Assembly: GCA_000388065.2 (NCBI GenBank)
Contig: KB932205.1
Direction: 5' to 3' (one strand)
Source of the DNA: Fonticula alba ATCC 38817
Lineage: Eukaryota; Protista; Nucleariida
Length of the DNA: 64,000 nucleotides
Numbering within the stretch: position 1 is the stretch's first letter; each line of letters opens with the position of its first letter. Under the pieces are notes generated by a model. It saw only the letters and a list, made by a program, of their open reading frames with translations. It was not told the DNA's origin and made no database searches. A program made the translations under genes and the position numbers. Positions 51,812-64,000 of this stretch are shown here, in pieces.

Positions 51812-52055
51812 GGCCCTCCGGGCCTCTTCGTGGATCGCTGGTCACCTGGTCCCCCTCCCTTCCCTCTCTCTCTATCTCTCTCCCTCTCCCCCCCCCCCTC
51901 ATTTCTCTCTTCAATCCCACGCTGCCCCAATATATGACACTAGATTCCTGGCCTCCTTCAGCGAGATGTATGCGGATGTGCACATATTTGTGTGTGTGTG
52001 TGTGTATGTTTGTGTGTATAAAGAGGGAGAGGGGGAGAAATGTCAGTGTATTGGC

Positions 52056-53444
52056 TTAGGCGGTGGTGGCTTCAGGCATCATGGGGGTATCCTGCTCAGG
52101 TGCCGGGGCATCGCCCCCGGCCGGGGTGTTCGCATCCTGCTGCAAGGAGGTGTCCTGTCCACACAGCGGGGCAGCCGGCTCCGGAGCCGGGGCTCCCTCG
52201 AGGATGGCATCTGCACTTGGGGGGATGCCGGCGTCCTGCTGCTCGGGGCCGCCGGGAGAGCCGGGCACCGGGGGCTCGGCCATGGAAGCGCCGGAGTCAG
52301 CATCATCGGCAGCCTGGCGCAGCTGCTCCTCGATGCGGCGCTTCTGATGGTCCTTCAGCACGGCGGGCAGGTAGTAAATCTGGATGAGGGTCGGCGGCCG
52401 GGCGGGAGGCGCGCCATCCGGGGCCGCCGGCCGCCGGCCAGCCTCCAGGAAGGCTGGCACATAGGTGGTTTTCAAGAAGTTCGGGGCAATATGCTTGTGG
52501 CTGCGGTTGGACTGGTCGATGGCCTGTGTAAGGTGGCCCCAGACCATCGGGAGGGGGGGGGGGAGAGAGAGAGGAGCAGACAACGGTGGCCGATGTTGCC
52601 CAGATGCTTTGGAGTCAGTGACGGGGCCATGCAGCCGGCAACAGGGTGGCCCGACGGGTGGGGCGGTGCGGGTCGGTGTGCAAGACCGCCGGGCCGGAGG
52701 GTAGACCATCGGCGGAGATCGCACCTGGCGGAATTCCGATTCGGCCGGAGTGTCCAAACGGCCGGCAGCCCCCCGGGCCAGGCCTGGGTCGGAGGCCGGC
52801 ATGGAACCGGCTCTCCCGGAAAAGCCCGGGCCCGGTGGCTGGCCTACGGCGGAGTCCAACGTCGCGGTGATGCCCTGCTGCCGTGCCAGGACTCGCTGCT
52901 GGATGCGCAGCCGGCGCTGCTCGAGATCCTCCTCATCGCCCGGGGCCATGAGTGGGGACGCCGCCGAGGCCATTGGAGTGGCGGCGGCGGCGGCGGCGGC
53001 GGCCGTGACCGCGGGGACTGCCTCCGAGGCCGTGGACTGGATGTGCTCAAAGGCCGCCGTGGCCACGATCGACGCGGAGCCCAGGTCACGGAGGGCCGCG
53101 TTGAACATGCGCCGAGCGGCCTTCGTGGCGCCGACATCCCGGTAGCCCCGTGGGCGGACTTGCGCCGGCGAGGCCTGAGTCGCTTGGGCGAAGCTCGGCC
53201 GGACCAGCGACGAGTGCAGCGGCCGTGGCGGCTCGGCGGGCGCCACGTCCTCCGTCATCTCATCTTCTTGCCGGCTGGCGGTGCCGGGAGCCGTAGGGGC
53301 AGGGGCGCCCGCGCCCGGGGGGGATGCGCCAGCATCGACACTGCCATCGGCGTCGGCGGTAGGCATGTCATCATCCTGGTCGGAGAGAGACTCCAGGAAG
53401 TCCGAGAGGACCTCCTCATTGTCAGGGTGATGTTCGGTGTCCAT
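52056..53444 (-). CDS. Pinin/SDK/memA-like protein (putative EJC/PSAP splicing-associated); an internal intron near 52.53-52.7 kb is possible
   Basis: 462-codon ORF with KAARRMFNAALRDL (cf. pinin RNRRxFGxLxGTL), EQRRLRIQQRV, and NFLKTTYVP..IYYLP..QKRRIEEQ (cf. FLRTKTEPxIYYxP). Confidence 0.5.
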   Translation of the reverse strand: MDTEHHPDNEEVLSDFLESLSDQDDDMPTADADGSVDAGASPPGAGAPAPTAPGTASRQEDEMTEDVAPAEPPRPLHSSLVRPSFAQATQASPAQVRPRGYRDVGATKAARRMFNAALRDLGSASIVATAAFEHIQSTASEAVPAVTAAAAAAAATPMASAASPLMAPGDEEDLEQRRLRIQQRVLARQQGITATLDSAVGQPPGPGFSGRAGSMPASDPGLARGAAGRLDTPAESEFRQVRSPPMVYPPARRSCTPTRTAPPVGPPCCRLHGPVTDSKASGQHRPPLSAPLSLPPPLPMVWGHLTQAIDQSNRSHKHIAPNFLKTTYVPAFLEAGRRPAAPDGAPPARPPTLIQIYYLPAVLKDHQKRRIEEQLRQAADDADSGASMAEPPVPGSPGGPEQQDAGIPPSADAILEGAPAPEPAAPLCGQDTSLQQDANTPAGGDAPAPEQDTPMMPEATTA

Positions 53445-54100
53445 CGTGCTCTCTCAAGGACAGCCGGGCAACGGGAGCGGCAGGGGGCAAGGGGGGGGGG
53501 AGNNNNNNNNNNNNNNNNNNNNNNNNNNNNNNNNNNNNNNNNNNNNNNNNNNNNNNNNNGGGGGGCGAGGGGGGCGGGCGGGAAGGCAGAAGGCCAGCAG
53601 GGGCAGGGGAGCGGGCAAGGCAGAGTGGAGGTCCGACTTCAGAGGCTGGCACACCGGCCGGGCAGCGTAGTCCCCCGGCGCGCCGGCTCAAGTGGCCTTT
53701 CACCTGCATGTGGGGGGTGTGTGTGTGTGATGCCGTGCCGGAGCAGGCCGAAAGGGCACATTCGTTGGCACTTCGAGTGAGCGCGTGGGGGCGTCCCCCG
53801 CCTCGGGCCCCCGTTGTCTGGTGGCTCCCTCCCTAGGCGAGAGTGGCGGGGGCGGGGGCGGGCTTCTGCTGGCTTCACCCACGCTCCCCCCCCTGCCGGT
53901 GGGACGCTGGAAAGGAGGGAATGTTCCCGCTGGCCGCCGGGCGGCTGCCCCAAGCGCACCCCTCCTACTGTATGCCACACGCCTGTTTCCATTCCCCATC
54001 TCGTTCCTCCTCGGTCCCCCCCCCTCCCCTCTTTCTCCCCTTCTCTTCCGCTTTTCGCCCCTCCCACTCCCTCCCCATCCAAGGCATCCCCTCCAGCAGC

Positions 54101-55932
<1,832 letters not shown>

Positions 55933-57060
55933 AGAGAGAGGAGGGGGCGCCCACCGGGAAGGACGACCGGCACCCGCAAAGCCGCCTCGGGCTCCTGCCG
56001 GTCTCGGGATCCCCGGGCTCCATGCCCATGTGCCCACGTGAGCACGCCTCCCCTGGCCCGGGGCGAACATCTCCGTTTCCGCGGACCTGCTCTCGCCCGC
56101 GCCGGGGGCGGGGGGGGGGGGGGGTCCCCCGCCGCCCGCTTGGAGCCTTTGTTGTGTTCTCTCTCCCTCTCTCTCTCTCTCTCTCTGTCTCCCCCTCTCT
56201 GCGTCTTTCTGTCGATTGGTGTGCGGGTGCGGGCGTGCGCCCTGCGGGCTCACGGCCTCCCTGGGCTCTATGCCCGCGCATTGGGCGCGCCACTCGGCCT
56301 TGCGCTCTTTTCCGGCGGAAGGAAAGGCGGGGGACCCCCTTGTTGATGAATGTATTTTATATGTCCCTCTTCCCAAGTGTCCAAAGCAGGGGGGTGGGAG
56401 GGATCAAAAATAGTGGGGCGCGCCGGGTCGGGAGGGGCGGCGAGGCGGCAAGAGCTGTCCCCCCCAGGAGCCGGCGCGGACGCTTGACACCTTGGTTTCG
56501 GGGGGTGGGGCGCTCTGGCGTCCTACTATGCATGTGCGCGCATGCTTTCGCACCCGTAACCGCCGCCAGGCGGGAAATGCAACGGCATGGGACGCGTCCT
56601 CCAAGAGCGGGGGAAAAAGAGCGCGAAAGAGAGAGGGCCGGCGAGAGCCAGGACCGGAGAGGGACTATGATGCGATCTGGCAGCGGCCTCGGGGGCCAGC
56701 TGTCGGTGTGGGGCGGCCTGAGGGGGGGGGGGTCCGGCCCTCTCCCTTCCTTCCCTCCCAGGGGAGGGGCGGGAATGGCAGGTCCCGGTCGCCCGCCCGG
56801 ATATGGTGCCTGCCCATGAAGCCGACCAGTGGGCGCGCTGCTCGGCCGGGCCAGCAGCTGGTGCGGCTGCCTGCGCAGGTTGCCCTTCCATCACATGTGG
56901 GCCGGCCTGGCGCAAAAGCCGCATCTCGGCCGCCGGCGGCCGGCTCTCGCGCCGGGCCCTGCTGTCACGGGCCGCCGGCCGCGGTAGGGGCACACGCCGG
57001 AAAAAGACCCGGGCAATTGTTGTTTACATTTCCGGCCCGGGGCGAAGGAGCACCCACCCG

Positions 57061-57091
<31 letters not shown>

Positions 57092-57906
57092 GCACGCAGG
57101 AACTTGGGGGGGGGGGGGGGGCCGGTCCTGACACGATCGCCCCTGGCTAGCGGGTGCTTCGCCCGTGGGGCAGGCCGATGGTGCGGGTGCTGGGCCTAAA
57201 AACACCAGGTTTGCCCTCGGGCTAGCCCCGGTCGCCGCGATGGGGGCCCACCCGTGCGAGAATGCCCCGACAGTGCTCTCGTAGTGGGTATTTATGGCTG
57301 GCCCAGTTCACGACCCGGGGGGGGGGGGGGGCGGGGCGCGCCGGTCAGCTATTGTGCGGGAAAAAAAAGAAGGGGAAAGGAGTTGGGCGATCCGCCACCC
57401 TGCGTGACCTGCCCCTGCCCCCCCCCCCCCGCCCCCCAGGGAGCCGGGGGAAGGGGGGAAGCACCGAACGGGGCGAGGCAAGCCCACGCCCGACCGCGGC
57501 TGACCCCCTGCGGGCGCGCCTGCTACCGTCTCCCCGGGCGCCGAGTCTCTCGTGGGAGATCCCAGAGCCCTCGGCGGAATTGCCCCCAATGCGTGGCCCG
57601 GATCTCGCCGATCGGGTCCGGTCCGGCCCGGCCCCGGGCGAGGCTGTTGGGCGTGGGGATCCGCGTCGAACCCGCCCCCCCCCCCTCTGACCCCGCCCCT
57701 CTTGGGGGGCCGGGCCGGCGGCGCCCAGCCCGGCGAGATGGCACAGGCCGTCCTCCCAGTCGACCGCGTCTTTCTCGTTCATTGCCCCCCCCCCTCTTCT
57801 CCTCCTCCTGCTCCCGANNNNNNNNNNNNNNNNNNNNNNNNNNNNNNNNNNNNNNNNNNNNNNNNNNNCCCCCCCCCCCCCCCCCCCTCTCGTGGGCCCT
57901 CTCCCG

Positions 57907-60900
57907 ATGGCCAGCATGCGCCCCTCCGGCCCCCTTCGGGCCCCGAGGCGGCTGCTCAGCCTGCTAGTCCTGTGCGCTTGCCTGGCCCTGTTCCATGCGA
58001 CCGGGGCCGCGGCCCCGGCCCGACAGATCCAGACGGACACCTTCCGTGCTGGTCGTGCTCGGCGCGATATCACCGGCCCGGCTGGGCAGATCAACATGAT
58101 GGGCTACGCCAACCCCATGCAGTCCACCGGCGGGCTGGACTCGCGCCTGTATGCGCGGGCCTTTGTCTTCCAGGGGGCCAACTCCGACGCCAACTATGTG
58201 GGCCCGTCGTTGGAGATGCGCGCGCGTGCGGCGGCCGCGGCGGCGGCGGCGGCGGCGGCCACCGACTCCGACGGCCGGGACCCCTTCTCCTCGCACGCTC
58301 GTGACATTCCCGAGGAGCACCGGCGCCGTGCCAACGTCCAGTCCCGGCCGCAGGACACCCAGTATGGCAAGGCCCCGACCGGGGACCCGCACCTGGCGGC
58401 CGTGGCCCTGATGGACATTGCCTTTGTCACGGAGAACCTGGTGTTCGGTGTGCTGGATGAGCTGCAGCGCATTTTCGCCGCACGCGGCCAGGTGTCCCCC
58501 TACGACGTGACGAACATCCTGCTGGCAGGCACCCACACGCACTCCGGGCCCGGTGGCTATGCGCAGTATGTGCTCTTCCAGATGACCAGCGCCGGCTTCG
58601 TGGAGGACTCCTACTGGGCCATTGTCCTGGGCACGGCCGAGGCCATCGTCGCGGCACATGATGACCTGCAGTGCGTGACATGCCCCGTCCTCTCTCCCCC
58701 CCCCCCTCTGCTGGCTGTCCTTTTTGATTTTGTTGCTCACCCTGCCTTGCCCACTCTGTTGATGGCCCGCGTGTCCATCCTTTTCTCCCTCCCCCTCTCT
58801 CTCTCTCTCTCCTTCTCCGCCCTTCTCTCTTTTCGTCCATCTTGATCTTCCTCTCCCTCTCTCCCCCCTTTCATCCACATGAATGAAGGGCTGCCGAGAT
58901 CCTGGCGACCAAGGGACACCCCAACCCCGGGGATGGCCTGATCGGCCGGAACCGGTCTCCCACCTCCTATCTGGAGAACCCCCAGTCCGAGCGCGATCGC
59001 TACCCCGGCGACACCGACACCGAGATGAGCCTGCTCCGGGTGCGCAGTGTGCCGACTGGCAATGCCAAGCCCGTCGACCTGGGCCTGATGAACTGGTTCG
59101 GTATGTGGGCCATTTGCCTGGCCTCCCTCCTCGGCCCGGGCCTTGCGGTTTTGCTCGCCCGGCTGACTGACCGCGACTTCGCCTCCTCAGCTGTCCACCC
59201 TACCTCTCGCAACAACACCAATACCCTGATCAGTGGCGACAACAAGGGCTTCGCGTCGTATCTCTTCGAGCAGGCGATGGCCCCCCCGGGCGGCAGCGCC
59301 GATGCCGGCACCGAGTCGCCCTTCGTGGCGGCCTTCCTCAACTCCAACATGGGCGACATTTCCCCCAACATCGAGGGGGCCCAGTGTTATGACGGGCCGG
59401 CGGCCGGGGACTTCTGCGATCCGCTGCACTCCACCTGCCCGAACAATCGCGGTCTGCAGCGGTCGCAATTCTGCCACGGCGTTGGCCCGAGCGGCCGTGA
59501 CGACCGCCTCAACAGCCGAATCATCGGCGAGCGCCAGTACCTCCTGGCCAAGCGTCTTTTCGGCCAGGCGGCCAACATTGGCAATGGCGGCTGGCGCGTG
59601 GCCGGTGGCTCCTTCGGCAGTCAGGCCGAGGTGGAGTCGCGCATGATGTTCATCCGGTTTTCCGATCGCCGCGTCCTCTCGGACCCGACCAACCTCCCGC
59701 CCCTGCGCAAGCCGGTCGAAGTGGAGCTCTGCAAGCCGGCCATGGGGTACAGCTTCGCCGCCGGGACCACCGATGGCCCTGGCATGTTTAACTTCTACCA
59801 GGGCCAGAAGCGCGGGTCGCCCTTCTGGAACTGGGTGCGCAACTTCCTGCGCGTGCCCTCCTCCAAGCTGGTCCGCTGCCAGCGTCCCAAGCCGGTACGT
59901 GGCTGAATGGCTTGTGCAATGCCTGCGAGTGTTTCTCTCTCTGTGTGTGTGTGTCTGGGCGAGCGGGGAGGTTGCTCGCACAGCGGCGTCCTCCTCCTCG
60001 GCGCAGCGTGCCCACCCTGTGAACGGCCAGCTCCCTGGGTTCTTCTCCCCCCCCCCCCCCCCCCCCCCCCGACCCAGCCCCCCCCCCCCCCCCTTCGGGC
60101 CGTTGTCCCTCCTCCCCCTCTCCGCAGATTCTCCTTGCCACCGGCGAGGCCACCCTGCCGCATGCCTGGCAGGCGGACATTGTCCCGGTGCAGCTCCTTC
60201 GCATTGGCGATCTGGCGATTGCCGCCCTGCCGGGCGAGTTCACCACCATGGCCGGCCGGCGCCTGCGCGAAAGTGTCCACAAGATCCTCATCGATGGCGG
60301 GGTCATCGGCCGGAACACCGGTCTCACCGTGGTCACCGGCTTGGCCAGCAGCTACATCGACTACATCACCACCCAGGAGGAGTACCAGCCGCAGCGCTAC
60401 GAGGCGGCGAGCAACATCTTCGGCGAGCACACCTTCGCCGGGTATCTGAGCGCCTTCGGCCAGCTGGCCGATGCCATGGTCACCAACTCCACCGTGCCGG
60501 TGGGCGAGTGGCCGCCCGATCTTCGGGGCAAGCTTATTACCCGGTTTTCGCCGAAGCTCAGCCCGGATGTCCTGCCGACCGGCGTGGACTTCGGGGACTT
60601 GGTGTCCGGGCCGGAGGCGCGCATTCGCGTGGGCGACACCGTGGAGGCGGTCTTCTGGGGCGCCAACCCGCGCAATGACCACCGTCGCGGGCGGACCTTC
60701 CTGCGCATTGAGCAGAAGCTTGGCAGTGGCACCTGGCAGACCGTGCGCACCGATGCCGACTGGGACACGGAGCTCGAGTGGCTGCCGCAGAAGAAGGACA
60801 ACTCGCGCGGCGGCGGCGGCGGCGGCGCCGGCGCCGGCGGCAATGCCGATGAGGCCGATGGCTCTGACGCCGGCCTGCCCTTTGTCCAGGGCATGGACGA

Positions 60901-61246
60901 GCCCGATGAGTATATCTGGGCCTCGGACAGCCTGCGCCCCAGTATGGAGGACATCCCGGAGGAGGACCTTGTCGAGGAGTACCGGTGGATGGGTCAGCAC
61001 TTGAGCTTCGGCCGGGGCACCGCCCTCGGTGTGTCCCCGGGCCAGCCGCACTGCAATGCCAAGAAGACCCTCACCTCCCAGGTGGCCATCCGTTGGCGGA
61101 CCGCCGGAAATGGGTCCTCCGTGGCCCCGAGCACCCCGAAGCCCGGTGTCTACCGGATTGTGTACACCGGCGATCGCTTGCACTCCGACTGCAAGACCGT
61201 GAGCTCCTTCTCCGGCGTGTCGCCCGAGTTCCAGCTCTATGTTTGA
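57907..61246 (+). CDS. ASAH2: Neutral/alkaline non-lysosomal ceramidase (ASAH2-like), secreted or membrane-bound, ~932 aa, 4 exons
   Basis: Exons 57907-58670, 58889-59100, 59191-59894, 60128-61246, total 2799 nt. Hydrophobic N-terminal signal; MMGYA, GTHTHSGPGG, NRSPTSYL.NP, WFAVH, GDISPN, PGEFTTMAGRRLR, YITT.EEY..QRYEAAS. Confidence 0.93.
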
Positions 61247-61398
61247 TGATGTGTCGGCCGCGTGACCGCTTTCATCGGCCTTTCTCTTCCTTTCGCTCCT
61301 GCCGGCCGTCGGCGTCGGCGGCCCATTGGCGAGGGGGACTTCGGGGCCCATGGCGGCGAGAGACGACACGCGCGCCTGCCTTTGTGTTCGCACACCTG

Positions 61399-61457
<59 letters not shown>
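61399..61457. repeat. (TGCG)n tetranucleotide microsatellite downstream of the ceramidase gene
   Basis: Seen directly in the sequence. Confidence 0.95.
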
Positions 61458-62502
61458 CTGTGAGTAGTACGCAAAGTGTATGACGCATGGGTAGTCGTGC
61501 TAGCGCCGACGGCCATCTCGCGCTGGTGGATCCGCACGGACACAGCCGAGCGGCCCCCCTTGCCGCGCTCTCTCCCTCTCGCAGAGGGGAGCAGCTGTGT
61601 TCAAGCATGCTATTGTACCATCCCCTCTTGCCCCTCTCTCCCTATGCCCTTCCCCTTCTTTAATTCACCCCCTTCGCGGGGAAGGGGACAAGGAAAACAG
61701 CGACTTTTCGAATGTCATGCCTGCTGGGGGTGTCATACCTTGACTGGGTTGGCTTTTCGGTTCTGTTTTTGTATTTGCAAGGTTTCTCATTGCATCGGCC
61801 TGGGGGGGGGGGTGCCCTGCCGAGCCTCGGAGCCGGCGCGAGAGACGAGGCACATGCCGATGATTTGAAGATGGCCAGGGCGGGGTAGCATCGGGTTGGG
61901 CATGGGGGGAGGGAGACTACACGACGGGAAACAGCCCTACTGGCGAGCTATTGCCGGGATCGGAGAAGCCGAGCACCGGCGGGAAAGGGCTGACCGAGGG
62001 TCATGGGCAATCCGGTGACGGGCATGGAGCACGTTGCTCGTGAATGGGAGGAAGGAATCCGACGGCAAGCCGGCCCATAAGCGGCCTGCCTGGAATGGGG
62101 AAGGACAGGGGACAAGGAGGCAGAGGAGATTGGCTGGCAGACATGCGGAAACCAGGAGGCAGTGCGATCGAGGGCGGAAGCTCGGCATAGAGGCGAGGAC
62201 TGGCGCATCCCGGGTGGCCCTGCCGCAGAGCAACATGTGGAACTTACCCACCCACAGCGGGACGCTCGCGATGCCGCAAGCGCCTGGGCGACCGGGAGGA
62301 GGGGAGACGGATGGCACTCGGCATCACCAAAGCAACCAACGGTCAGCGCGCTGCCCCAGGTGCCTGGACGACCGGTCCTCCCTGGGGCCGCGGGCCGGAC
62401 ATTGGTGCAAAGGGATCGCGAGGGCCCGAGGCAGATGCGGAAAAATCGACGCTCGGCATTCAGGAGCCAGCCTCCTCGTGTCTGACGCCGGGGATGGCGG
62501 GC

Positions 62503-63950
62503 TTACTGCGCCCTTTGGTTGATGGTGCTCCCTTGTGCAAGGGGGGGGGGGATCATTGTCTGCGGCGTTGGCAACCACAGCAAAGGGTCGGCCGCCAGGC
62601 GATGGTGCTCGGCCGATTGGGCGGCCGCCTTCCAAAATATTGTTCCCCTCTCGTCCTCGATGAAAGGGCTCCGCACCAACCTGGGGAGGTCCACTGACTG
62701 CCCTCGATGCGCACACACAGGAGGCCCGGCCCGGTGAGGGACGTTGGAAACCCCGATGTCGGCATCGCCGCCGGCAGACCGCCTGGCCGAGTGGCAGCTG
62801 CCCATACTGCTGATGAAGGCGCCGGAGGTCGCATCGGTGATGGTGGGCATGGCCCGAGCCGTGACGCTGACGCCGGTGGCAACGAGAACAGCAGCCGCAC
62901 CCGCGCTGTCATCGGCTTGGGACTGGCGCGGCCCAGAGTGCCGGCGGATGCCCCGCCGCATGCTGGCCGAATAGCGACACGGACATGCTCCGGCACTTGG
63001 ACCAGCTTGTCAGGGCGCCGCCGAGCGGACGGTCCGGCGGCTCAGGAGCCCGGGCTGCCGGCTTGCAGGTGCCATCCGCCCGAAGGTGTGGTCCGAGATG
63101 CTGCGATCCCGATGGCGATGCTCCAGCAGGGCGAAGGGCCTGGCCGGGCGGCGAAGCACCCTCAGACAGATGTAGCTGTCCGGGGTCAGAGCCAGACGCG
63201 CATGCTGTCGAGTTGTGGCCCGGGAGCGGGCATTCGTGCGGGGTGCTAAAGGTGCTCAGATCTCGCACGGCGCAAGGCAGGCGGCATTCAAAGGGGACGG
63301 GGCTGGACACGGCCGGCGTCTTGTCAAAGATGACCGTGTCGGGGCGGACCTCGGTCATGGAACACGGCGGGCTGGCCGTCATGGTAGCCCTGTTGCCGGA
63401 GTGCACGCTCGCAAATGCCTGGCCAAAGGCTGGCCGCATGGACATCCGGCGGAAATGCCCCTGGACATCCGGGCAGCCGGGCCGGTCGAAAGAGGAAGGG
63501 AAGCAGGCCCGCTCGGAGGGCTTTCGCACTTGGCGGACGTCGAAGCCCGGGGGGAGGTGCGTGATCCCGGTGACAGCGGCATCGGGCCAAAAGCGCGGTG
63601 CCCCTCGCGGACAGCGGCTCACCGCGGTGAGCAGGTCGACCCAGCCGAGGTACTCAACCCGCAACACACGCAGGGCATTGGCCAGGCAGATCTGCCGGGT
63701 GCGAGCTTCCACGAAACGGGCCATGGCCTGGCCCTCCGACCAGAGGGAAGGGGGGGGGGCACAGAAAAACTCAATTCTTCAAAGAGCTTGACATGGTTGC
63801 GCCCATGCAGCAGCGAGTGCGCGATATTCACCCGGATGAAGCCTGCCACCGGCAGGCCTTGAAAGGGGCACACGCTCCGGGCAAGCGAGCTGCCGGGAGG
63901 CGGGAGGCGCTCGAGCTGGCTCGCTAGCAGCAAAGCCGGGAGGCTACTGT
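62503..63950 (-). other. Possible 3' part of an unrecognised gene entering from beyond the window end
   Basis: Protein-like stretches (GFIRVNIAHSLLHGRNHVKLFEEL; ARFVEARTRQICLANALRVLRVEYLGWVDLL) near poly-C intron-like tracts. I could not build a consistent splice model or find a family motif. Confidence 0.22.
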
Positions 63951-64000
63951 GCGGGAATCAAGAGAGGGCCACTCCTTGACCACTGGCAGGATGAGGGGCT

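Overview
GC-rich, intron-containing eukaryotic genomic DNA from a draft assembly with several N gaps. Introns are GT-AG and full of poly-C/G and (GT)n/(GA)n tracts. The style suggests an opisthokont protist such as Fonticula; that is an inference only. About 39 kb (1.2-40.4 kb) is a head-to-tail array of seven spliced, highly diverged minus-strand paralogs. They encode FEN1/XPG-superfamily (PIN-like 5'-nuclease) proteins most similar in layout to Asteroid/FAM120. I reconstructed their exons by hand; every copy whose exons are fully sequenced gives an intact reading frame. They share catalytic acidic motifs, intron positions and a conserved unnamed C-terminal module. They differ greatly at three fixed insertion sites (up to about 880 aa of repeats) and in a Cys/His-rich arch segment that alternates with an intron. 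The array is flanked by single-copy genes: threonine aldolase (3' part), mitochondrial AK3-type adenylate kinase, cytidine deaminase, a candidate UBAP1-like ESCRT-I subunit, Tim10, a pinin-like protein, RuvBL1 and neutral ceramidase. A 101-bp dispersed repeat interrupts copy 4 at a gap, and a 22-nt Illumina adapter fragment lies at 50.5 kb. No rRNA, tRNA, CRISPR array or recognisable transposase/RT was found. Family assignments rest on motif recognition from memory, not on database searches.
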